A model generated the notes under the pieces. The model did not search any database, was not told where the DNA came from, and worked only from the letters and a program-made list of their open reading frames with translations. A stretch of DNA of 64,000 nucleotides from the NCBI GenBank assembly GCA_045627045.1, contig JAZQMY010000024.1, forward strand, positions 18,408 through 82,407. The letters are read 5' to 3'. This DNA comes from Clostridia bacterium (GTDB lineage Bacteria > Bacillota > Clostridia > HGM11327). How positions within the stretch are numbered: position 1 is the first letter of the stretch; every line of letters starts with the position of its first letter. Position numbers and translations under genes: made by a program. Shown piece after piece: positions 1-9,512 of this stretch.

Positions 1-1062
1 TTCATTGACACAACGTAGTCAGTTCCGGGAGTAAGTCCGTCGATAAGTGCTGAGTTGCAAGTCATTTTTGATGTCTTCGGGAGGCAGAACAACATAAGAA
101 GCATTGCAGCCGAGAAAACTACCATTACATATCTGAAGCCTGTTCCAAGGCCTTTTTTCTTTACAATCTTATTATAAAGGCAGATCGTTATCGGCACAGG
201 TGCAAACGCCGATGCCATAACAGCTATCATGCTGATTCCGGTCGATGAGAAGAATTCGTTGATACCGCTGAGGAAAAGCTGAAGTCCGAAGTTCATCACA
301 AAGAGAACGCAGAGCCAGTACATAAACGGTCTGTCCTTGACTGACAATCTGAATGATTCAAAAATGTTGACGCCCTTTGCATCTCCCTCTTCTCTTGCAA
401 CAGGCTCATCCTTTGTTGAATGCTCCTTAATGAAGAAGAACGGTATTATCATTGAAAGGCTGAGCGGAATTGCGCACAAAGCAACAATTCTGATGTTTAT
501 GCCGCCGTTTACGAAAATCGGAACGAGTGCATAGCTCATGCTGAAGTATACAACGTCGCAGATGGACTTTGTATTGGAAAGAAGCATTCTTTCCTTGTCT
601 GTTTCAACGATTTCCGCAAATGTTGCATAATACGTTACCATTGTTAGCGTATAGAACGCATAGAACAGACAAAGTATGAGTGCAAACCAGATCGTATTGA
701 GAACGGAAGCTGTATTATTGAGCGGAAAAAGAAAAAGAACATATGCAATAATCATCGGAACGAAACCAATAATAATAGCCGGCTTTCTTCTGCCCCATTT
801 TGTTTTCAGGTTATCCGTAAAGGATGACATCGGAATATCAATAAGACCGTCAACAATCTTTGCAACGAGGATAAGCACACCCCAGATGCCCGCTACTACA
901 AGGTTCTTATTCATATAAGTCCATGACTCAACGTGCTCCTTGAAGCCGCCGGTAAGAAGCGCACTGCACAGATATGAGCCTACAATGATATTCAGCATAT
1001 TAACGCCGATACCCGAACATCCGTAAAGGATGATCTGCCATTTTTTTGTAAGTTTTTTCATT
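1..1062 (-). CDS. MFS/GPH-family sugar:cation symporter-like membrane protein. The N-terminus is in the window (start near 1062) and the C-terminus runs off the window edge.
   Basis: Continuous minus-strand reading frame from the window edge to an ATG at about 1060-1062, preceded by a GGAG-like RBS. The translation is a polytopic hydrophobic protein (MKKLTKKWQIILYGCSGIGVNMLNIIVGSYLC...) with the GPH/MFS motif pattern. The plus-strand ORFs at 337-534 and 676-918 lie inside it and are rejected. Confidence 0.55.
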
Positions 1063-1108
1063 TTCTTCTCCTTTGTATTTTTATAAACAGAGTAAATAAT
1101 ACTTTGTA

Positions 1109-2758
1109 TTATTCAAATGAAATTATGAGGTCATACACCTCGTCATCGGTCCGGGTTATGCAGACCTCCGTATAATGATATTCAGCGGAAACGTAATCCA
1201 CAGTTTCCTGTATCATTTCCTCTGAAAATCTTTTTCCTGCAAAAAGATTGATTACATCCTTTTCCTCATCGGACATGATCCTGAATATTGCTTCCTTTGC
1301 TGCATCAAGAGTATTTTTGCCGACTGCAATCAATCTGCTGCCCGACATTGCCACAACGTCATCCGTAGTGATATCTTTCTCTCCGAACCTTACATTTCTT
1401 ACGGCGTTCGTTACAATGACGGTATAAACGTTTGAAATAGCTTCCTCGGCGGTTTCTTTTACGGCATCAATATCGCTTTCTTCGTAATCAATAATCGCCA
1501 ATGCCGAATAGCACTCCGCAACAGACTTTGAGCCGATGACAACGACCTCCGCCTTATCATAAAGATCCTTCGCCTGCTCTGCCGCAAGAATAATGTTTGA
1601 ATTATTCGGGAATACAACTATCTTTCCGCTTCCTGCCGCATCAAAGGCATCTATGAAGTCGCTTGATGAAGGATTATAGCCGGAGCCGCCCTTCACCACA
1701 ACATCAACACCCATATCCATAAAAATCTGTTTCATTTTATCGTCATTTGCAACGGCAACAACCGCAAATTCAGCCGTATGCCTGTTTGCCGACACTTCAA
1801 CGGAGTTTTTATTCGTATTTGAATGCTGAACCGTCATATTTTCTATTTTGAGAGAGAGGAATTCGCCGAATCTGTGGCAGTAGGCAAGTATTTCCTCGGG
1901 CTTCTGCGTGTGACCGTGAACCTTTGTCTTGTCGTCCTCAAACGATACCACAACTGATTCCGCAATTTCGCAAAGGCCGCTTCTGAATGCATTCTGACTT
2001 GCCTCTTCGGCCTCATTCGTTGTCTGAATGAGGAGCTCCGTGCAATAGCCGTATTCAAATCTCGTGTCCTTATTGAATTTTGTGTAGTCTGTCTGCTCTT
2101 CTTCAGCCTGATTCTCCTCGGAAGGCTTCTCCTGAATCTCTTCTCCTGCCGCAAATTTTCTCATTCCGTCAAAGAAGTAAACTATTCCTGCACCGCCGCT
2201 GTCAACAACGCCTGCATTTTTCAGGACAGGCAAAAGCTCAGGAGTATTTTCAAGCGATACCTTCGCCCTTATTATAAATTCCTCAAGGAGTGTTTCTATA
2301 TCTTTGATCTTTGATGCATCAAGAGCGATTCTGCAATGCTCCGTTGCTTCTCTGAGTACCGTCAGGACAGTGCCCTCAACAGGATGAGCCACTGACTTAT
2401 ATGCCGAAAAAACGCCGTTTTCAAGTGCCGCTACGAAAGAAGAACAGTCTGCTTCACTTTTTCCGCTAAAGCTTTCCGAAAAGCCCTTGAAGAACTGTGA
2501 AATTATGACTCCTGAATTACCTCTTGCGCTTAGCACCACCGCACTTGAGAATTTTTGTGCAAGCACGGAAAGCTCATTTTCTGAGCCGCTTATCGCATTT
2601 CTGCCGTTCTTGAGTGTCAGTATCATGTTTGTTCCCGTGTCGCCATCAGGCACCGGAAAAACGTTGAGCTCGTTGACTTCATCACAGAAAACGGATAAAT
2701 TTCTGATTCCGTATTCCATCAATCCACGATAGCCCGCTCCGTCCAATCTCTCAAGCAT
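1109..2758 (-). CDS. yloV: DAK2-domain fusion protein YloV (DhaL-like N-terminal domain plus DegV-like C-terminal domain)
   Basis: 549-aa ORF. The N-terminus carries the DhaL/Dak2 motif pattern (PDGDTGTNM, ARGNSGVI). YloV is typically encoded next to a DegV-family gene, as it is here. Confidence 0.8.
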   Translation of the reverse strand: MLERLDGAGYRGLMEYGIRNLSVFCDEVNELNVFPVPDGDTGTNMILTLKNGRNAISGSENELSVLAQKFSSAVVLSARGNSGVIISQFFKGFSESFSGKSEADCSSFVAALENGVFSAYKSVAHPVEGTVLTVLREATEHCRIALDASKIKDIETLLEEFIIRAKVSLENTPELLPVLKNAGVVDSGGAGIVYFFDGMRKFAAGEEIQEKPSEENQAEEEQTDYTKFNKDTRFEYGYCTELLIQTTNEAEEASQNAFRSGLCEIAESVVVSFEDDKTKVHGHTQKPEEILAYCHRFGEFLSLKIENMTVQHSNTNKNSVEVSANRHTAEFAVVAVANDDKMKQIFMDMGVDVVVKGGSGYNPSSSDFIDAFDAAGSGKIVVFPNNSNIILAAEQAKDLYDKAEVVVIGSKSVAECYSALAIIDYEESDIDAVKETAEEAISNVYTVIVTNAVRNVRFGEKDITTDDVVAMSGSRLIAVGKNTLDAAKEAIFRIMSDEEKDVINLFAGKRFSEEMIQETVDYVSAEYHYTEVCITRTDDEVYDLIISFE

Positions 2759-2805
2759 TATATTTCTCTCCTGTATATTTCATCAAACTAATCCCAACCG
2801 AGGCT

Positions 2806-3738
2806 TTACTTTCCCGTAACGCCCGACATTATTTCCTTTTCCTTTGAAAGATCCCCTGATATTTCATCGCCGAGATAGTACACACCTATCATTCCGGGTC
2901 CGATGTTTGGGCCGCATCCGTCAAAAACATCTGTTATAAGGATTTTTTTCGGCTGAACTTCTTTTTCAAGGATCGCTTTGAGGTCATTTGCATATTCTTC
3001 TCTGTCCGAATGAGCAATAAGAAGAGTCTGCTCCTTTACATCCTTTGCGGAAGCTGAAATATATTTTGCCGTAATGTCAAAGGCCTTCTTGATTCCCTTT
3101 GCTTTGGTCAGAACAGTTGTGTAGCCGTCGCTGTTGCAGTCGCCCATAGGCTTTACACCTGCAAAGCTGCCCATAATTGCCTTTCCCATTGTGATCCTGC
3201 CGTGGCGTGCAACGAAAATAAGGTCATCAATCGGTCCCATCTGATGAACCTTCTTCTTATTTTCCTCAAGCCATGCTATCGTCTCCTCAAAAGACTTGCC
3301 TTCGTTTTTAAGTCTGCAGGCATTCATTACAAGCAGACCGAATGCACCTGACATACGGAATGAATCGAAACAATAAATCTCGGCATCGGGATATTTTTCC
3401 TTTACGTTCTTTGCGGCAACCGTTGAAAAGTCATATGTCGAGCTGATTCTGGAAGAAAGTGACATACTGAGCACCTTGATTCCCTTTGAAACGTACTTCT
3501 CAAATGCGGCAAAGTATTCCTCCGTATTCGGCGGAGCAGTTGTGACCTTTGCGTTTCTCCCGGAAACGATTTTATAAAACTCGTCCCTTGAAATATCGCT
3601 CCAGTCAAGTTTGGAATAATAGTCTCTGCCTTCGCCCATGCTTACGTGTCCCATAACATAGTCGTCAAGTCCGTACTCTTTTCTGATCTCTTCTGAAAGA
3701 TCGCAAGTCACATCAGGTAAAATCACATAATCGCTCAT
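2806..3738 (-). CDS. DegV family fatty-acid-binding protein
   Basis: 310 aa. DegV/EDD-fold hallmarks are present (YVILPDVTCDL, KVTTAPP, ISSTYD). It sits downstream of yloV in the same orientation. Confidence 0.85.
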   Translation of the reverse strand: MSDYVILPDVTCDLSEEIRKEYGLDDYVMGHVSMGEGRDYYSKLDWSDISRDEFYKIVSGRNAKVTTAPPNTEEYFAAFEKYVSKGIKVLSMSLSSRISSTYDFSTVAAKNVKEKYPDAEIYCFDSFRMSGAFGLLVMNACRLKNEGKSFEETIAWLEENKKKVHQMGPIDDLIFVARHGRITMGKAIMGSFAGVKPMGDCNSDGYTTVLTKAKGIKKAFDITAKYISASAKDVKEQTLLIAHSDREEYANDLKAILEKEVQPKKILITDVFDGCGPNIGPGMIGVYYLGDEISGDLSKEKEIMSGVTGK

Positions 3739-3991
3739 ACAGTTTTCCTCCGTGGTTTCTATTAACTAATTTTATTCATTTCCGGCAGTTATTATCCGTC
3801 GAAACATAAAATTCATAATATGTACATAATTTTAGCACATATATACGCATTTGTCAAGCATTTTGTCGAAAAATGTAACCTCTGCTTCACATCTGTCAAC
3901 AGTCGGTTGCAAGGCATTTTCAGCAGAAAATGTGTCGCAAAAGGCATTCCGACCGCAAAAAAGGAAGCCATGTAAAGGCTTCCTGTCATTT

Positions 3992-4573
3992 TCAGTTGCT
4001 GCTTGACGCACCCGCAGACGAATTTAAAGCTTCTATGCAGGCATCTATCACAAGCGTCGCTGAGAGAACTGTAATCTCGTCCTCCCCGTCCGCAATATCA
4101 ATGCCGTACGCATCGCCCCAGGTGAACCATTCCTTTGAGATTACAGCAACAGTTCCATTCTCCCCTGTTATCTCGTAATCATGTAACCAAAAGTTACCCT
4201 TGATTTTCCAGTCCGGACCATGTACACTGTATTCGGGCTTGAAAAATGTAAACTCCTTCACTACCTCGGCGATCTGTTCTCCATTCCTGTAAATATAATA
4301 TTTAGGCAGGAATGATAAAAACTTCTCTGAAATAAAAGCCTGCTCGCTGCCGTTTGCATCATAAACGGTCAGCTTCTTTCCGAAGGAAAACGCTTTGCCG
4401 CAAACGGAATACTTTTCTTCTCCGTTTTCATCATATACCCAGAATCTGTCGGCCCATGAAAAGACCTTTTGTTTAAGATAAAGTTTCAATGTCAGTGCTC
4501 CTTTTTCTTTTATCATATCACAAAAGTCAGGATTTTTCAATAAAATAATTCTAATTTCTGTCATGATTTTCAA
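3992..4573 (-). CDS. LURP-one-related / YxjI-family (tubby C-terminal-like) protein
   Basis: 193-aa ORF. The repeated-beta pattern LKLYLKQKVFSWADRFWVYDENGEE..YSV is typical of the LURP1/YxjI family. The true start is probably the internal MIKEKG near 4516. Confidence 0.5.
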   Translation of the reverse strand: MKIMTEIRIILLKNPDFCDMIKEKGALTLKLYLKQKVFSWADRFWVYDENGEEKYSVCGKAFSFGKKLTVYDANGSEQAFISEKFLSFLPKYYIYRNGEQIAEVVKEFTFFKPEYSVHGPDWKIKGNFWLHDYEITGENGTVAVISKEWFTWGDAYGIDIADGEDEITVLSATLVIDACIEALNSSAGASSSN

Positions 4574-4588
4574 AAAAGTGTTGACTTT

Positions 4589-4617
4589 TATCCCAATAAA
4601 AGTTATAATATAGTTAC
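4589..4617 (+). promoter_or_regulatory. sigma-A type promoter (TTGACT, 17-nt spacer, TATAAT) for the downstream isomerase gene
   Basis: The sequence gtgTTGACTtttatcccaataaaagtTATAATatag is read directly. The RBS AAGGAG lies 8 nt before the ATG at 4647. Confidence 0.55.
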
Positions 4618-4646
4618 CATAACAATCTTATTAAGGAGAATAAAAA

Positions 4647-5408
4647 ATGGCTAAAATTGAAAAATTAGGTGTTCAGCTTTACACGATCCGTGACTACCTG
4701 AACACAGAAGAAGATGCAAAAAAGAGTTTTGAAAGACTTAAGGCTCTCGGCTTTGACGAGGCTCAGACAGCCGGCTGTGCTATTCCTTTCGCTTCATTCG
4801 GTAAGCTTGCTCACGATGCAGGTATCGAAATCGTAGGTACACATGAAGATTTCAATCTTATGTATGAAACACCTGAAAAAGCTATCGAAATCCACGAACT
4901 CCTCGGAACAAAAATCATGGGTATCGGTGGCTTCGGCGCAAACACACTTCAGGATTACCTCAACTTCATCGACAAGGCAAACAAGGTTTGTGAAAACATC
5001 GGACCTAAGGGCTACAAGTTCACATATCACAACCACAGCCATGAATTCATCAAGTACTATGGCAAGACAGCTTTCGAGTACCTCATGGAAGGTCTTGATC
5101 CTAAGTATGCTTCATTCTGTCTCGATACATATTGGGTACAGCATGGCGGCGCAGATGTTCGCGCAACTATCGAAAAGCTTGCAGGAAGAATCGATATTCT
5201 CCACCTCAAGGATATGGAAAGAAGACCTGACAATCAGTACATCACACAGATCGGTTCAGGTAACCTCTACTGGAAGGGCATCATCGAGACAGCTCTTGAT
5301 ACAGGCATCAAGCACTTCATCGTTGAGCAGGACTGCAACTGGATCGACAACGATCCTTTCAAGAGCCTCAAGCTCTCAAGCGACTTCATCCACGAGCGTT
5401 TCATGTAA
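4647..5408 (+). CDS. sugar phosphate isomerase/epimerase (xylose-isomerase-like TIM barrel)
   Basis: 253 aa. AAGGAG RBS. Family hallmarks are present (GFDEAQT, LGTKIMGIGG, HNHSHEF, HLKD). Confidence 0.8.
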   Translation: MAKIEKLGVQLYTIRDYLNTEEDAKKSFERLKALGFDEAQTAGCAIPFASFGKLAHDAGIEIVGTHEDFNLMYETPEKAIEIHELLGTKIMGIGGFGANTLQDYLNFIDKANKVCENIGPKGYKFTYHNHSHEFIKYYGKTAFEYLMEGLDPKYASFCLDTYWVQHGGADVRATIEKLAGRIDILHLKDMERRPDNQYITQIGSGNLYWKGIIETALDTGIKHFIVEQDCNWIDNDPFKSLKLSSDFIHERFM

Positions 5409-5424
5409 TAAATGTTCAATATTA

Positions 5425-5454
5425 CCGCAGGTTTTCAGGCCTGCGGTTTTTTAT
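5425..5454 (+). terminator. rho-independent terminator
   Basis: The stem CCGCAGG/CCTGCGG with loop ttttcagg is followed by TTTTTTATTT, immediately after the stop at 5408. Confidence 0.7.
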
Positions 5455-5682
5455 TTGCTTTTTCGCTTTGTTGCCCCCGATCTTGTTATTGTATTTTGTA
5501 CTTTATGTTAACATTTTTAGAATTATGTGATAATTTTATCATATTTTGTAATTATTTTTGAAAAGTCTATTGATTTTTCAGACAATATGTATTATAATAA
5601 TATCAGAAAGCAATGAAAGCGGGTGATTTCCATGATATTATGACTTCAACGTTATAACACACATTGAAAGGAGAAAATTATC

Positions 5683-6219
5683 ATGAACATTACACTCATC
5701 ACAAAAGGCTTCGAGCCTGTCGATTCACTCGGCAATCTCGAAAAAACAGTTAATAAGAAATACTCCAAGCTTGAAAGATATTTTCACGGCGACGTGAACG
5801 TAACTCTCGTGATCAAGTTTGAACGTAACCTTTACAAAGCAGAAGTTACAGTGCCTTACAGCGGATTTGTTTTCAGAGCAGAAGAATCAGATGATGATGC
5901 TTATTCAGCATCCAACACCGTTCTTGATAAGCTGGAAAGGCAGGTAATCAAATATAAGAGCCGCTATAAGAATAAATTCCGCTCAGATGACTTTGATGAT
6001 ATTCCTGTTTCAGATGAATACGAAGAAATCAATGACATTGAATCTTCCATCGTGAAGCACAAGACATATTCCAAAAAGCCGATGACAGTTGAGGAGGCTA
6101 TCCTCCAGCTTGAGCTCACTGACCGCGATTTCTACGTTTTCACCAACGGAAACTCGTTTGAAGTCAATGTCATTTACAGAAGAAAAGGCGGCGGATACGG
6201 CATAATTGAGCCCGTATAA
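5683..6219 (+). CDS. hpf: ribosome hibernation promoting factor (long HPF/YvyD type)
   Basis: 178 aa. The N-terminal sigma-54 modulation / S30EA domain (MNITLITKGFEPVDSL...VNVTLVI) and the C-terminal dimerisation domain (MTVEEAILQLELTDRDFYVFTN) are both present. GGAG RBS. Confidence 0.85.
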   Translation: MNITLITKGFEPVDSLGNLEKTVNKKYSKLERYFHGDVNVTLVIKFERNLYKAEVTVPYSGFVFRAEESDDDAYSASNTVLDKLERQVIKYKSRYKNKFRSDDFDDIPVSDEYEEINDIESSIVKHKTYSKKPMTVEEAILQLELTDRDFYVFTNGNSFEVNVIYRRKGGGYGIIEPV

Positions 6220-6270
6220 TACAGTAAGCTGTTACTCCTTCATATATTTCTTCTTCTTATTATCAAATCA

Positions 6271-6301
6271 GCACGCCCACACAGGAATTGTGTGGGCGTG
6301 C
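6271..6301 (+). terminator. stem-loop downstream of hpf (possible terminator, weak U-tract)
   Basis: Perfect 13-bp inverted repeat GCACGCCCACACA/TGTGTGGGCGTGC with a 5-nt loop. Confidence 0.4.
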
Positions 6302-6306
6302 TGCTG

Positions 6307-6340
6307 AAAAAAGCTCCCGGGTAAACCCGGGAGCTTTGGC
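6307..6340 (-). terminator. rho-independent terminator of the ABC transporter gene
   Basis: On the minus strand the stem AGCTCCCGGG/CCCGGGAGCT is followed by TTTTTT, 17 nt after the stop at 6357. Confidence 0.7.
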
Positions 6341-6356
6341 GGTATTGCCTTTGATT

Positions 6357-9344
6357 TTATTCTGTTCTGAGTGCAACAACAGGATCCTTCTTAGCCGCAA
6401 GACGTGACGGAATGATTCCTGCAATCAATGTAAGCACCATGCTGATGAGTATGAGTGTCACAGCTCCCGAAACAGGAAGTGCTGCCCTGAGGTTTGTCAG
6501 GTCTGTCAGGAAAAGAAGGAGGGCATTGATAGGTAAGATCAAAATCAGCGTCACGCCTATACCTATTATTCCCGCAACAAAGCCGACAATGAGCGTTTCT
6601 GCATTGAATACTCTTGAAACATCGCGCTTTGAAGCACCGATACTGCGGAGAATACCGATTTCCTTTGTTCTCTCAAGCACAGAGATATAAGTTATGATAC
6701 CTATCATGATGGAAGATACCACAAGTGATATTGCAACGAAAGCGATCAGCACGTATGAGATAGCATTGATAATCGTTGTGATGGATGACATCAGAAGTGC
6801 AACATAGTCTGTGTATTCAATCTCATCGTCTTCATCCTCAACTGAAGCATTGTAAGCCTTGATGAGTTCTGAAACCTTGTCCTTGTTCTCAAACGTATCG
6901 CAATAGATGCTTATTGAGCTCGGAGCATCCTTTGAAATATAGCCGAGGATGTCAAGGTTATCATCATATGTGGACTCGGAGAATTCTCTCGGCATATATG
7001 AATCATAGAAGCCTGCAAAATCCTTCTCATCATACTCAGCCTTTGTAAACATCGTCTCAACCGAGTCTGCATCTGCCATCTGAAGCACAGCACCCATTTT
7101 TGCAGAATACTGCATTGTAACCTGTGCGGAAAGCACTGCCATTGCGATCTGTGCCTTGTACTGATCATCCATCGTATCGTAGTTTGCAAGGAGCTGTTCT
7201 TCAGTAAGAGTCGGATACTGTGAAAGGATCGCCTGGATAGTCATTTCCTTCAGCTGCTCCTCCGTGAACATTGCAAAGAGCTTTGCCGTCTCTTCCTCAA
7301 TATAGGATGCCTTAGGAACCATGAGAATCTCTTTATAAATTTTTGTTCTTTCCTCTGCGGAAAGCTGGCTGAAATATTCGGTTATCTTCTCTTTCTTTTC
7401 GGCGTCTGTTATTGAGCTCTCGTCATAATCCACAGGTTTGAAAGGAAGTCCCGTTATAACGTCTGTCTCCTTGTCTGCCATCTGCGCAAGGAGAAGCTCA
7501 TTTGTTGACGTCAGGTCAATTACCTTATCTGTGAGAGCGCTCGTATATGCAATATAGCCGGAAAGCATTGCTGATGATGCTTCTTCATTTGCCTTTATGA
7601 TACCTGATATTTTGAGCTGAATGCCGACTTCGTCCTTGCCGTAAAGCATTGCAAGTCCTGCATCTGTTTTCGTCATATCAGAATAAGTGTTGTCAAGCTG
7701 TTTTACAAAAAGTTCGCTTGAAAGGATAAGCTTGAACGAAGCCTCTTCGCCTTCTTGCCAGATTATTTCATCAAAATCCCACGGTCCGAATTCGGTTTCA
7801 ATCGGTTCCTTATTCGTCATGGCTTTGTAAATGCCCATAATCTGGTCTTTTGTAATAAGTCCGAGCGTATAGAGCACCATATCGCTGAGCTCGTTCTTTC
7901 TGTTTACAATGAGAACGACCTCATCATATGCATCAGGCCATTCACCTGCCACAAGATTATACTGTTCTTTAAGCAATGGGTTGACAAGCTCGCCGTCCTC
8001 GCCGGGAAGCATCTCTTCCCAGATTTTCAATGATGAGCTCATGCCCGAAAGGTAAGATGTTGACATTCCTGCAGAAGAATAGAGACTGTCAATAAGAGTC
8101 ATCGCATCGGATTTGATTATTTTGCCTTCAATATCCTTTGTAAATACGTTCATATCGTAATTATAAGCATACTGAATTGATGTAGTGTATTTTTTGAACT
8201 CTTCGCTGTTCTCAATATACTTTCTGAACGCGGTAAGATTGTTCTTCTGTGTCTCCGTATTCATGAAGGAATTCATCATATCGTACATAACAGAGTTCAG
8301 ATAAACCTTATCTTCATCTCTTTCAATCGGTGTCTCATCCGGATCCTCATTCTCTGACTTTACGCCCATAAATGATGCCATGATCTGTGACAAATCAAGT
8401 GTTTCAGCCTGAATCGTGATAGGATAACTTGAAAGCGTATCTCTCTGAACGTCATTTATGAAGTTCTGAACACCGTTTGACACTGAAAGAATGAGTGCAA
8501 TACCTATAATACCTATGCTTCCCGCAAAAGCCGTAAGAATCGTTCTTGCTTTCTTCGTCATAAGGTTGTTTATACTGAGAGAAAGCGCCGTAAAGAATGA
8601 CATTCCTACCTTGGGAGTACGTCTGCCGCTCTTCTTCTCCTGCTTGGGCGCATCTGTTTTCTCGCTTGTGTAAGGCATTGAATCGCTCTGCACCTCGCCG
8701 TCAAGGAGATTAATTATTCTTGTTGAATATTCCTTTGCAAGCTCCGGGTTATGAGTTACCATGATTACAAGTCTTTCGCTTGCAACCTCCTTGAGTATCT
8801 CCATAATCTGAACGCTCGTTTCCGAATCGAGTGCGCCGGTAGGCTCATCTGCAAGAAGGATCTCCGGATTGTTGACGAGAGCTCTTGCAATCGCAACTCT
8901 CTGCATCTGACCGCCTGACATCTGATTCGGCTTTTTGTTCAGCTGATCGCCGAGGCCGACCTTTTCAAGTGCCTCCTTTGCTCTTTTCCTGCGCTCCGCC
9001 TTTGATACTCCCGTTAGAGTAAGTGCAAGCTCAACGTTTGAAAGAACAGTCTGATGAGGGATAAGGTTATAGTTCTGAAAAACAAAGCCTATCGAATGAT
9101 TTCTGTAAGAATCCCAGTCGGAATCCCCGAATTCCTTTGTTGACTTGCCGTTGATGATCAAATCGCCGCTTGTATATCTGTCAAGTCCGCCTACAATATT
9201 GAGAAGAGTTGTTTTTCCGCAGCCTGACGGTCCGAGGATAGACACGAACTCGCTCTTTCTGAATTCGATGTTTATGCCCTTCAACGCATGGACAGCGGTA
9301 TCTCCTGCCTGATAGTCCTTGATAATATTTCTTAATTCAAGCAT
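6357..9344 (-). CDS. fused ABC transporter ATP-binding protein / FtsX-family permease (MacB-like)
   Basis: 995 aa. The N-terminus has Walker A (GPSGCGKTT), the ABC signature (LSGGQMQRVAIARAL) and Walker B (ILLADEPTGALD). The large C-terminal part is TM-helix rich with an FtsX-like terminal region. Confidence 0.85.
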   Translation of the reverse strand: MLELRNIIKDYQAGDTAVHALKGINIEFRKSEFVSILGPSGCGKTTLLNIVGGLDRYTSGDLIINGKSTKEFGDSDWDSYRNHSIGFVFQNYNLIPHQTVLSNVELALTLTGVSKAERRKRAKEALEKVGLGDQLNKKPNQMSGGQMQRVAIARALVNNPEILLADEPTGALDSETSVQIMEILKEVASERLVIMVTHNPELAKEYSTRIINLLDGEVQSDSMPYTSEKTDAPKQEKKSGRRTPKVGMSFFTALSLSINNLMTKKARTILTAFAGSIGIIGIALILSVSNGVQNFINDVQRDTLSSYPITIQAETLDLSQIMASFMGVKSENEDPDETPIERDEDKVYLNSVMYDMMNSFMNTETQKNNLTAFRKYIENSEEFKKYTTSIQYAYNYDMNVFTKDIEGKIIKSDAMTLIDSLYSSAGMSTSYLSGMSSSLKIWEEMLPGEDGELVNPLLKEQYNLVAGEWPDAYDEVVLIVNRKNELSDMVLYTLGLITKDQIMGIYKAMTNKEPIETEFGPWDFDEIIWQEGEEASFKLILSSELFVKQLDNTYSDMTKTDAGLAMLYGKDEVGIQLKISGIIKANEEASSAMLSGYIAYTSALTDKVIDLTSTNELLLAQMADKETDVITGLPFKPVDYDESSITDAEKKEKITEYFSQLSAEERTKIYKEILMVPKASYIEEETAKLFAMFTEEQLKEMTIQAILSQYPTLTEEQLLANYDTMDDQYKAQIAMAVLSAQVTMQYSAKMGAVLQMADADSVETMFTKAEYDEKDFAGFYDSYMPREFSESTYDDNLDILGYISKDAPSSISIYCDTFENKDKVSELIKAYNASVEDEDDEIEYTDYVALLMSSITTIINAISYVLIAFVAISLVVSSIMIGIITYISVLERTKEIGILRSIGASKRDVSRVFNAETLIVGFVAGIIGIGVTLILILPINALLLFLTDLTNLRAALPVSGAVTLILISMVLTLIAGIIPSRLAAKKDPVVALRTE

Positions 9345-9466
9345 ATATTTCTTCCTTCCATAATTTTTCCATGCAATATTTTACCATAAAATTATTAACT
9401 CTGTTTGAATAAATAAACCGATTTATCGGTTTTTAAGTCCTGTTTACAAATTGTTTACAAGTCCGG

Positions 9467-9500
9467 CATAAGAAAAAGCCGGCATTTTCTGCCGGTAGAT
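9467..9500 (-). terminator. terminator downstream of the AI-2E transporter gene
   Basis: On the minus strand the stem CCGGCAG/...GCCGGC is followed by TTTTTC. Confidence 0.5.
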
Positions 9501-9512
9501 GCTTTTTCGTCT

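Noticed and set aside
4843-5511. 222-aa plus-strand ORF, Ser/Thr-rich and low-complexity
   Set aside because: It lies in an alternate frame wholly inside the well-supported TIM-barrel isomerase gene, and has no RBS. It is a frame-shadow ORF.
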